DNA of 56,166 nucleotides. Source: an uncultured Candidatus Saccharibacteria bacterium (lineage in GTDB: Bacteria > Patescibacteriota > Minisyncoccia > Phycocordibacterales > UBA9973). Shown piece by piece: positions 20,201 to 28,852 of this stretch; positions within the stretch are counted from its first letter, which is position 1; each line of letters starts with the position of its first letter. Location of the stretch: the NCBI GenBank assembly GCA_964527185.1, contig CAZGOI010000001.1, positions 300,410 through 356,575 on the forward strand. Reading direction: 5' to 3'. The position numbers and the translations under genes were made by a program. The notes beneath the pieces are model-generated. The model searched no databases. It saw only the letters and a program-made list of their open reading frames with translations, and had not been told where the DNA came from.

Positions 20201-20644
20201 TTATTGCGACTTCTTTAGAACTTCCTTTTCTTCAATAGTCAGTTCAAATTCTGATTTACCGTGCTCGATCGGCTTGGCAAAAATGCTCATACGGTCGCGG
20301 GCATATAAACTCGACAGCACGACCCCATCGCCTTCGTCGTTTAAAAAAGATATGGCGAAACTTTGATTGCTACCACCGTCGGTAAAAGGGTTGAAGCGAA
20401 GTGTCTCAACCCGACGGATAGATTTATCGAGCCTCGCGTCGACAGTCACCAAGTGTTTGTTTATCTCAAGCTGAGTATTTTTTAGATTATCGACTTGCTT
20501 AAACGTGTCGTTGATACGAGTTTCGATACTTTTTCCATCACTGCCCTTGAAAAATTTTCTAAGACGATACTCGGTTATAGTTACCCAGACAAGCAGAAAA
20601 ATAATAATTCCAGAGAGTATATAGATTGTAAGAGTCCCACTCAT
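20201..20644 (-). CDS. DUF4446-like membrane-anchored protein
   Basis: TM plus coiled coil, then RFNPFTDGGSNQSFAISFLNDEGDGVVLSSL. Confidence 0.75.
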   Translation of the reverse strand: MSGTLTIYILSGIIIFLLVWVTITEYRLRKFFKGSDGKSIETRINDTFKQVDNLKNTQLEINKHLVTVDARLDKSIRRVETLRFNPFTDGGSNQSFAISFLNDEGDGVVLSSLYARDRMSIFAKPIEHGKSEFELTIEEKEVLKKSQ

Positions 20645-20712
20645 ATAGACCCGAGTATATATGAAATCTACCTTTTTTACAATGCTGTGCTATAGTGAAC
20701 CAGTATAAAAAT

Positions 20713-21924
20713 ATGCCTCAAAAATCTAGAAAATTAATATATCTTGATCACGCCAGTGCTACACCGATTGACCCAAAAGTTAGACAAGCCATGGCCACGG
20801 CGCAATCTCATTTTGCAAACCCGAGTTCGCTGCATACCGGCGGATTGCAAGCTAAGAAAATTCTCGAAGACTCACGCAAAAAAATCGCCGATCTGATTTT
20901 TGCCCACAGCGATGAGATAATTTTTACCGGCAGTGGCACCGAGAGCATAGCTCTTGCCATCATAGGAGCAGTCGTATCATACGATGGCCCCCAAAAACCA
21001 CACATCATCACAACTTCAATCGAACACCCAGCCGTCATTGAAAACTGTAAAATGCTTGACGAAAGAAAAGAAGCCGAGGTTACTTTTATCGCGCCAGATA
21101 AATATGGTTTCATTGACCCAAAGAACATAAAAGAAAAAATAAAGAAAAATACAATCCTCGTGTCTGTCATGTATGCCAACAACGAAATCGGTGCGATCGA
21201 ACCAATAAGAGAAATTGCAAAAGAGATAAGACACTATAGAAAAAATAATAATTCAAAATTTCCACTCTTTCATACCGATGCTTGCCAAGCGATTAATTAT
21301 CTTGAAACAGAAAATATAGAACGGCTCGGCGTCGACCTGATGTCTTTTAACAGTTCAAAGATCTATGGCCCGAAAGGTATCGCCGCGCTCTATAAAAAAA
21401 GAGGAATCAAACTCTCACCAGTTTATTCAGGTGGCGGGCAAGAATTTGGTCTCAGATCGGGCACAGAAAATATTACGCTCGCGCTAGGCTTTGCCAAAGC
21501 ATTTGAAGAAACAGCTAAAATAAAAATAAAAGAATCAAAAAGGTTGAGCATCATGCGCGACTATGCGATAGAAAAATTGCTTTCGATGCAAAAAAATTCT
21601 GGCTATGAAATAATTTTAAATGGCGACAGAGCCAATCGTTTGCCAAACAATATAAATATTTCGATCGTCGGCATTTCAAGCGAGTTGATATTAATCGAGC
21701 TCGACGCCCGCGAGGTAGAGGTTTCTTCAAAGAGCGCTTGCAAGAGCGATGATAAAGAAGAGTCGCACGTCATAAAAGCTCTAAGAAAAGTTGAAAATAA
21801 AAAAACAAATACAACCGAAGGTTCCATCAGAATATCTCTGGGCAGGTCGACGACGAAAAAAGATATCGATTATTTCTTAAAATCACTCGAGCAGATTCTT
21901 TCCAAGTACAGGGCTTTTAAATAG
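20713..21924 (+). CDS. iscS: Cysteine desulfurase (IscS/NifS type)
   Basis: IYLDHASATP, MYANNEIG, HTDACQ, KIYGPKG, RSGTEN, SSKSAC. A GTG at 20695 is an alternative start. Confidence 0.92.
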   Translation: MPQKSRKLIYLDHASATPIDPKVRQAMATAQSHFANPSSLHTGGLQAKKILEDSRKKIADLIFAHSDEIIFTGSGTESIALAIIGAVVSYDGPQKPHIITTSIEHPAVIENCKMLDERKEAEVTFIAPDKYGFIDPKNIKEKIKKNTILVSVMYANNEIGAIEPIREIAKEIRHYRKNNNSKFPLFHTDACQAINYLETENIERLGVDLMSFNSSKIYGPKGIAALYKKRGIKLSPVYSGGGQEFGLRSGTENITLALGFAKAFEETAKIKIKESKRLSIMRDYAIEKLLSMQKNSGYEIILNGDRANRLPNNINISIVGISSELILIELDAREVEVSSKSACKSDDKEESHVIKALRKVENKKTNTTEGSIRISLGRSTTKKDIDYFLKSLEQILSKYRAFK

Positions 21925-21951
21925 CCTTGACCGGCATGATATAATAGCCCT

Positions 21952-22608
21952 ATGGATATCAAAGAGTTAAATAAAACACAGCTAATACTTCTAACCCTGC
22001 TTATTACATTTGTTGTTTCGATCGCTACAGGCATAATCACTGTCTCTATAATGCAACAGATGCCAAAAAGCGTTCCCCAGACTATAAACAATGTAATCCA
22101 GCGGACGATAGAAAAAGTCACAACCGCTCCAACAGTTACGACCCCAACACCGACAACCCAAACAGGCAACAAAGATGAATTTTCTTCCTTGGGTGACGGT
22201 GATGCTGTCGTCTCTATATATCCAAGCGATGGCACAAAACAACCAGCAGAAACAACACCAAGTACTTCCCCTGGAACTGTGACCACACAAACTGGTAGCA
22301 CCACACCACCTGCTTCAGACACAACTCCAACAAAAACAACCGAAGCGCCAAAAGCTTTGGGTGAAGGTATAATTATTTCCGACATCGGACTTATTTTAGT
22401 AGATTCAGATATTCTAAATGATGCAAAGGTATACAAAGTCACTCTAAATCAGATAGATTTTGACGCGACGATATTAAAGAAATTCTCAGGTGGCTTTACC
22501 ATCCTTAAACTAACCCCCAAAAAACAAACAGAAGGCCAAACAAATACAATCAAAACTCCAGCTGCAGCAGCAAGTGCCCCGAGCACCGAGGTTGACAAAA
22601 AACCATAA
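21952..22608 (+). CDS. Membrane-anchored protein with a Thr/Pro-rich linker and a degenerate trypsin-like (HtrA-like) fragment
   Basis: TM helix, AVVSIY, GIIISDIGLILVD, FTILKL. No catalytic His or Ser motif is visible. Confidence 0.5.
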   Translation: MDIKELNKTQLILLTLLITFVVSIATGIITVSIMQQMPKSVPQTINNVIQRTIEKVTTAPTVTTPTPTTQTGNKDEFSSLGDGDAVVSIYPSDGTKQPAETTPSTSPGTVTTQTGSTTPPASDTTPTKTTEAPKALGEGIIISDIGLILVDSDILNDAKVYKVTLNQIDFDATILKKFSGGFTILKLTPKKQTEGQTNTIKTPAAAASAPSTEVDKKP

Positions 22609-22626
22609 CCATTTTAATTTAATATC

Positions 22627-25323
22627 ATGCCTCCATTCAATCATTTCACAACTAAAGCCAAAGAAGCCATCCGTAAAGCCCACGAGCTCGCCATCGAGCG
22701 CGGGCAAAACCACGTCAACGCCCTACATCTTTTAACCGCGCTACTAACCCAAGAAGATTCGTTGGTCATTTCAATCTTAGACAAGATGGATGTCGATACT
22801 ATGTTGCTGACAGATAATCTAATCGAAATGATTGAGTCGCCAGAGAATCGCAACACAATCTCGCCATCATATCAGATATATCTAACTCCCGACCTCGCCC
22901 AAGCCATAGAGAACTCGAGCAAGGTTGCCAGCAATTTGAAAGACGAATTTGTTTCGACCGAGCATTTGTTTGTCTCACTTCTCGAAACGCCAGGCGAAGC
23001 TCGCGAACTTTTGGGAAAATTTAAAATAGAAAAAGACCAAGTCCTCCGCGTCCTTGAACTTTTGCGAAACGAGAAGGTAACAGAAACTGGCTCTTCGAAA
23101 AAACCAAAACTTTTGACAAAATTTACCCGCAACCTAACCGACCTGGCCCGCAATGACAAGCTCGATCCGGTCATTGGCCGCGATACTGAAATCATGCGCA
23201 TGATGCAGATCCTTTCCCGCCGAACAAAAAATAACCCAATACTCATTGGCGAGGCTGGTACCGGCAAGACAGCTGTCGCTGAAGCGCTCGCCACCCGTAT
23301 CGCCCGCAGTGATGTGCCAGAGAGTCTGCGCGACAAAGAAGTCGTCTCGCTTGATCTCGGGCTTCTTCTCTCTGGTACAAAATACCGTGGTGAATTCGAA
23401 GAACGACTCCGCGGCATTATGAAAGAAATTGAAAAATCAGATGGAAAAATTATTTTATTTATCGATGAAATCCACACCATCGTTGGCGCAGGTAGTGCCG
23501 AAGGATCGCTCGATGCTTCAAATATGTTGAAACCGGCTCTGGCTCGCGGGGAACTTCGAGCCATCGGCGCGACAACCTTAAAAGAATATCAAAAGCATAT
23601 AGAAAAAGACCCAGCCCTGGCCCGCAGATTTCAACCTATATTTATCGACGAGCCGACGACAGATGATGCGATTGCGATACTGCGCGGCCTCAAAGAAAAA
23701 TATGAACTCTTTCATGGAGTGCGCATAACCGACGATGCGATTATTTCGGCTGTCAATCTAAGCACTAGATACATTACAAACAGGTATTTACCAGATAAAG
23801 CAGTCGATCTTATCGACGAGGCCGCCTCTGCCTTGCGTATATCGCTTGAGAATAAGCCGCAGGCTCTCGAAGACGCCCACAGAAAGATAATGCGCTTTGA
23901 GATCGAGAAAGAAGCGCTCCAAAAAGAAATCGCTCGTGTTTCTTCAAAATCAGGCGAGCAAAAAGATACCAAAGCTAGAGTCAAAGACATCGACAAGGAA
24001 ATCAGTAACCTAAAAGAAAAAACTCATGAACTTGAACTCAAGTGGAAAAATGAAAAAGAAACCGTTTCGGGAATCCGCTCGATCAAAAAAGAACTCGAAT
24101 CGCTTCGCCTCGAGGGTGACAATGCCGAGATGCGCGTCGACCTAGCCAAAGCAGCCGAGATCCGTTACGGTAAAATACCCGAACTGCAAAATAAATTAGA
24201 ATCAAAACTAGCTCGCCTTAAAAAACTCCAGCGCTCACGAAGAATTTTGAAAGAAGACATAACAGCCGAAGATATCGCCGAGGTTGTTTCGCGCTGGACG
24301 GGCATCCCACTTGCCAAGATGCTCGAAGAAGAGCGAGAAAAGTTGGTGAACATGGAAGCCGAACTCAAAAAGCGAGTGCTCGGCCAAGATGAAGCGATTG
24401 AAAAGATTTCAAATGTCGTTCGCCGCTCACGGGCTGGTATTGCCGACCCCAACAAGCCGATCGGTTCATTTATTTTCTTGGGACCGACAGGCGTCGGCAA
24501 GACTGAATTGACCAAAGCCCTCGCCTCTTTTATGTTTAACGACGACAAGGCTCTCATCCGCGTTGATATGAGCGAGTATATGGAACGCCATAGTATTTCA
24601 AAATTGATTGGTTCACCGCCGGGCTATGTTGGCTATGATGAGTCTGGCAATCTTACTGAATCGGTTCGCCACCGCCCGTACTCAGTTGTTTTATTCGACG
24701 AGATTGAAAAAGCCCACCCAGAAGTTTTCAATATCCTGTTGCAAGTGCTCGACGATGGCAGGTTGACCGACGCCAAGGGCCGATTTGTCAATTTCAAAAA
24801 CACGATCATAATACTAACTTCAAATATCGGTTCAAATTTTATTGAAAAAATGGAATCGCTCGGATTTACAAATAATTCCAAGAAAGACGAATACGCGGCG
24901 ACCAAAGAAAAAGTTCTGGCCGCGCTCAAGGACCATTTCCGCCCAGAATTTTTAAATCGCCTCGACGAGACCATCGTCTTTGATATTCTTTCGCCAGAAA
25001 CTATCAGGCACATCGTCGACCTCAAGATCGACATCATACGCAAGCGATTGCTTGAAAAAAATATCGAACTTGAAATTAGCGATGAGGCGCTCGCCTACCT
25101 TGCCCGCGAGGGTTACAACCCGCACTACGGCGCCAGACCGCTCGGCCGGCTGATTCAAAATAAAATCCTAAACCCAGTTGCATCGTTCATCATTTCTCGT
25201 GGCGTCAAAAAAGGGGACACAGTGGTTGTTGCTATCAAAGACAGCGATTTGTTGATCGACATGAAAAGAAGAAAGATAAAATCCACAGTCCGAGTCGCCA
25301 AACCATCTCCATATAATAAATAA
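22627..25323 (+). CDS. clpB: Clp/Hsp100 ATPase with a ClpB-type middle domain
   Basis: Clp N domain, two AAA+ modules (GEAGTGKT, GPTGVGKT), long coiled-coil M domain. Confidence 0.92.
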   Translation: MPPFNHFTTKAKEAIRKAHELAIERGQNHVNALHLLTALLTQEDSLVISILDKMDVDTMLLTDNLIEMIESPENRNTISPSYQIYLTPDLAQAIENSSKVASNLKDEFVSTEHLFVSLLETPGEARELLGKFKIEKDQVLRVLELLRNEKVTETGSSKKPKLLTKFTRNLTDLARNDKLDPVIGRDTEIMRMMQILSRRTKNNPILIGEAGTGKTAVAEALATRIARSDVPESLRDKEVVSLDLGLLLSGTKYRGEFEERLRGIMKEIEKSDGKIILFIDEIHTIVGAGSAEGSLDASNMLKPALARGELRAIGATTLKEYQKHIEKDPALARRFQPIFIDEPTTDDAIAILRGLKEKYELFHGVRITDDAIISAVNLSTRYITNRYLPDKAVDLIDEAASALRISLENKPQALEDAHRKIMRFEIEKEALQKEIARVSSKSGEQKDTKARVKDIDKEISNLKEKTHELELKWKNEKETVSGIRSIKKELESLRLEGDNAEMRVDLAKAAEIRYGKIPELQNKLESKLARLKKLQRSRRILKEDITAEDIAEVVSRWTGIPLAKMLEEEREKLVNMEAELKKRVLGQDEAIEKISNVVRRSRAGIADPNKPIGSFIFLGPTGVGKTELTKALASFMFNDDKALIRVDMSEYMERHSISKLIGSPPGYVGYDESGNLTESVRHRPYSVVLFDEIEKAHPEVFNILLQVLDDGRLTDAKGRFVNFKNTIIILTSNIGSNFIEKMESLGFTNNSKKDEYAATKEKVLAALKDHFRPEFLNRLDETIVFDILSPETIRHIVDLKIDIIRKRLLEKNIELEISDEALAYLAREGYNPHYGARPLGRLIQNKILNPVASFIISRGVKKGDTVVVAIKDSDLLIDMKRRKIKSTVRVAKPSPYNK

Positions 25324-25324
25324 A

Positions 25325-25355
25325 AAAAGCCCGGCTATCACTAGCGCGGGCTTTT
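25325..25355. terminator. Bidirectional terminator
   Basis: AAAAGCCCG-GCTA-tcac-TAGC-g-CGGGCTTTT between convergent genes. Confidence 0.75.
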
Positions 25356-25374
25356 ACTTATTGCTCCATCAAAA

Positions 25375-26058
25375 TTAATGCGTTCCTCCATGCGGATCAA
25401 CCGGCGGGGTTTGAGTGTTGGTGTTTCCTATATTCACCTCTATTGGGCCACTGTTGTCGCCCTCAATTTGAATATTTACCAATGGAGCCGGAGCTGGCGG
25501 AATCACGCAGGCGATGAATCTTTCTTCCGATGATTCAGTCTCGCTTTTTCCACTCGTGCTGCTGCTTCCGTTCCCGTGGCCTTTTGTTGTCTGGCGAGGG
25601 CTATTTATCATAGCCGATATAATTTTCCACAACAACCAAATTGTTGCAGCTATCGCTGCAACAATAATAATCAGCCAAAATAGCGACCGGAAGAATTTCT
25701 GAAGCCAGTCCGGAATCCAGTCTAAACTGGATTTTTTATTGCCAACTCCTCCGCCGTTCTGACGGATGATGGATTGCAGGCTATCCTCAGAAACCTGAGA
25801 ACCCTGCTGACGGATCGTATGGTAATTCATTTGGAAGCCGGCAGGCTGCCAGCTTTTTCCAGAAACTGTATTTCCGCAGGAATTTTTTCCTGTCCATTCC
25901 TTCTGCACGAATGACTGACAGGAGTCGAACACAGTTGTGTCCTTGCCTGCATAGTACATATCCGGAAGGTTAACTCTGGGGGAGCTGGAATTATCACAGC
26001 TCGTAAAAGACATGCCGGCCAATGCCATCATAATGATGGCCAGAAAGAAATTTTTCAT
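25375..26058 (-). CDS. Hypothetical lipoprotein-like protein with an internal TM helix
   Basis: Signal peptide ending FTSC; hydrophobic stretch LFWLIIIVAAIAATIWLLW. Confidence 0.6.
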   Translation of the reverse strand: MKNFFLAIIMMALAGMSFTSCDNSSSPRVNLPDMYYAGKDTTVFDSCQSFVQKEWTGKNSCGNTVSGKSWQPAGFQMNYHTIRQQGSQVSEDSLQSIIRQNGGGVGNKKSSLDWIPDWLQKFFRSLFWLIIIVAAIAATIWLLWKIISAMINSPRQTTKGHGNGSSSTSGKSETESSEERFIACVIPPAPAPLVNIQIEGDNSGPIEVNIGNTNTQTPPVDPHGGTH

Positions 26059-26202
26059 AACAATTAATTTTTTGATGAAGAAATATTTTTAAAGAACTAC
26101 GCTTATAGTAGCATATTTAAACACATTTGTCAAGTTTAAAATAATCCTTATTTTAAAGGGTGATTGATAAATTTAGGTAAACAGGGTATACTCACATCTA
26201 TC

Positions 26203-26286
26203 GCGTCGGTGGCAGAGTGGTCAATTGCAATTGACTGTAAATCAATCGCCCTTGCGGCTACGTAGGTTCGAATCCTACCCGGCGCA
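26203..26286 (+). tRNA. tRNA-Tyr(GTA)
   Basis: GCGTCGG/CCGGCGC acceptor stem, ATTGA-CT-GTA-AA-TCAAT, long variable arm, GGTTCGAATCC. Confidence 0.95.
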
Positions 26287-26326
26287 CAGCAAAGAATTTT
26301 AAATAAAATTGTGATAAAATATTCCT

Positions 26327-27331
26327 ATGTCACAGCTATATAGCAATTCAATTTTTTGGGTTGATGCAGACAAGATCAAGCCCAACCCATTTCAGCCACG
26401 TCGAGAATTTGACGAAGAGAGATTAAAAGATCTGGCCGATTCGATTCGCCAGTATGGCATGCTCCAGCCGCTGACCGTTTCGCGCACCGAAGTTTTGAAA
26501 GAAGACGGCGGTATCGGGGTTGAATATGAACTGATCGCCGGCGAGCGTCGTCTTCGGGCTTCAAAAATTGCCGGCCTTGATCAAGTACCGGTCATCATTC
26601 GTGTGGGTGATGACAACATGGCCAAACTCGAGCTTGCTATCATAGAGAATCTGCAGCGCGAAGACTTAAATCCTGTCGAGCGGGCAAGGGCCTTCATGCG
26701 ATTGGTTGAGGAATTTGATTTTACCCACGCTCAAATTGGTGGCAAGGTTGGCAAAAGCCGGGAACACGTTTCAAATACTCTGCGCTTGCTTGCCCTGCCA
26801 CAAGAGATGCTCGATGCACTATCTCAAGGCAAAATTACCGAAGGTCACACTCGGCCGATACTCATGCTCTCTAACAGACCCGAAGAACAAACAGTACTCT
26901 TTAAAGAAATAATGTTCAAAAAAATGACCGTCCGCGATGCCGAGCGAGTAGCCCGCAAGATAGCCTATGATCGTGTACGTAAAAAGGAATACATGCCAGA
27001 CCCAGAGCTCGCAGAACTTGAAAATAAATTGCAAGAAACGCTCGGTACCAGGGTGCACATCGATCGCAGAGACAACGGCGGGCAGATCATGATAGACTTT
27101 TTTTCAAACGACGACCTGCGGATGATTCTTGACCTGATGAAATCAAATGAAATGAAAAATCCAAACTCGATGCTCGAGAATTTTATATCAGGCCAAAATA
27201 TCGATATGAGTATGGCAGAGAATACAACGCCGATTGAAGATATCGAACGACTTGACGATAGAGACAAAGCAGAAATCAAAGAAGACGAAGGCGATATAGA
27301 CCTCTATAATATTAAAAATTTTTCAATCTAG
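26327..27331 (+). CDS. parB: ParB/Spo0J family partition protein
   Basis: IKPNPFQPRREF, ELIAGERRLRA, IENLQREDLNPVE, HTH. Confidence 0.95.
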   Translation: MSQLYSNSIFWVDADKIKPNPFQPRREFDEERLKDLADSIRQYGMLQPLTVSRTEVLKEDGGIGVEYELIAGERRLRASKIAGLDQVPVIIRVGDDNMAKLELAIIENLQREDLNPVERARAFMRLVEEFDFTHAQIGGKVGKSREHVSNTLRLLALPQEMLDALSQGKITEGHTRPILMLSNRPEEQTVLFKEIMFKKMTVRDAERVARKIAYDRVRKKEYMPDPELAELENKLQETLGTRVHIDRRDNGGQIMIDFFSNDDLRMILDLMKSNEMKNPNSMLENFISGQNIDMSMAENTTPIEDIERLDDRDKAEIKEDEGDIDLYNIKNFSI

Positions 27332-28809
27332 TTTTTTCCAAACGATAAGAATCTCGACAGCAGGCTGTGCGATTTTAGATATGTATTTATATGCTTGCGG
27401 GCCAGCCCAGTCTTTGCGTGGTCGAGCCATTTTGATGACGGATTTGTATTTTTGTTTACATGGATTTCAACAATGTCATTTGTTTTAAGTTTGCTGTGGA
27501 GCGCCGCATTTTTACCATTTATTTTTGCGGCCTGGGCGTGGTTGCCGATGTCGGTGTGGATAGCGTAAGCAAAATCGATAGCCGTTGCGTCTTCCGGCAA
27601 GTCTATGATGTCGCCTTTTGGAGTGAAAACAAAAACCCTATCTTTAAAAAAGTCCATCTTGATACTTTTTAAATAAGCTTCCGGTTTTTCTGTTTCTTTT
27701 TCAAGCACACTACTTAGGTGGCGAAGCTTGTTGACCCATTCAATTTGATCAAGGTCAATATTGCTCGCTCTTGTTTCTCTTTTCTCTTTATAAGCAAAGT
27801 GGGCAGCCAGACCGTATTCGGCCTGATAGTGCATTTCATATGTTCTGATCTGGATCTCGACAATTCCACCGGTGCCAGTGAATATTGTCGTGTGCAGACT
27901 TCGGTAACCATTTATTTTCGGTGTGGCTATATAGTCTTTGAATCTATTTGGCAAAGGAGTCCAAGTGCCGTGGATGAGCCCAAGTATGTGATAACAGTCA
28001 GCGACCGTGTCAACCATGACTCGCAAAGCCAATATGTCATAGACTTTACCAATGTCCATCTCATGTTTTTTTAATTTTCGCCAGAGCGAGTATAGATGCT
28101 TTTGCCTGAAATCTACATGATAATTTTTTATACCGTCCTTTTTTAACTTCTTCAAGAGTTCTTCTTTGACTTCTTGTAAATACTTTTCCTCGGTATCCTT
28201 CCGGGCTATTAAAAGTTTTTTAACATTTTCATACTCTTCTGGATAGGCAAATTTGAATGCTGCGTCTTCGAGTCGGCCGCGCAGACGACCCATCGACAGC
28301 CGGTGGGCAAGCGGGGCATAGACTTCGAGCGTCTCGAGGGCAATGCGCTTTTGCTTGTCGGGTCGGACGTATTCGAGTGTTTCAATATTGTGTAGTCTAT
28401 CGGCGAGTTTTATAACCAGCACGCGAATATCTTCGGTCATCGAAACAAAAAATCGACGCAAGTTTTCAACATTGCGCTCGACACCTTTGTATCTGACCGT
28501 ACCAAGTTTTGTTACGCCCTTGACGAGCGAAACAATCTCTTTATTGAATTCTTTTGTCAGCTCTGTTTCGGTGGTTTTTGTATCTTCGAGAACGTCGTGC
28601 AGAAAACCAGCAGTAATGACCGTCGGTCCCATGCCGAGGTCGGCGAGGTTTTTGGCAGTTTTAAAAACGTGCAAAAAATATGGTTCGCCACTTTTTCGCA
28701 ATTGGCCTTCGTGGGCGTGCTTGGCAAAGTCATAAGCCTTCTCGACAAGCATTTTCCCTTTGAGGCTGATGTTTGGAATCAGGTCAAATATTTCTTTTAA
28801 ATCGGGCAT
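27328..28809 (-). CDS. rel: RelA/SpoT family (p)ppGpp synthetase/hydrolase (HD, synthetase and TGS domains)
   Basis: RKSGEPY, HDVLEDT, KLADRLHN, NGYRSLHT, EIQIRT, VFTPKG. Confidence 0.95.
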   Translation of the reverse strand: MPDLKEIFDLIPNISLKGKMLVEKAYDFAKHAHEGQLRKSGEPYFLHVFKTAKNLADLGMGPTVITAGFLHDVLEDTKTTETELTKEFNKEIVSLVKGVTKLGTVRYKGVERNVENLRRFFVSMTEDIRVLVIKLADRLHNIETLEYVRPDKQKRIALETLEVYAPLAHRLSMGRLRGRLEDAAFKFAYPEEYENVKKLLIARKDTEEKYLQEVKEELLKKLKKDGIKNYHVDFRQKHLYSLWRKLKKHEMDIGKVYDILALRVMVDTVADCYHILGLIHGTWTPLPNRFKDYIATPKINGYRSLHTTIFTGTGGIVEIQIRTYEMHYQAEYGLAAHFAYKEKRETRASNIDLDQIEWVNKLRHLSSVLEKETEKPEAYLKSIKMDFFKDRVFVFTPKGDIIDLPEDATAIDFAYAIHTDIGNHAQAAKINGKNAALHSKLKTNDIVEIHVNKNTNPSSKWLDHAKTGLARKHINTYLKSHSLLSRFLSFGKN

Positions 28810-28852
28810 ACTTTAATTATATATCAAAGAATAGACTAACTTCAAAGCCAGT

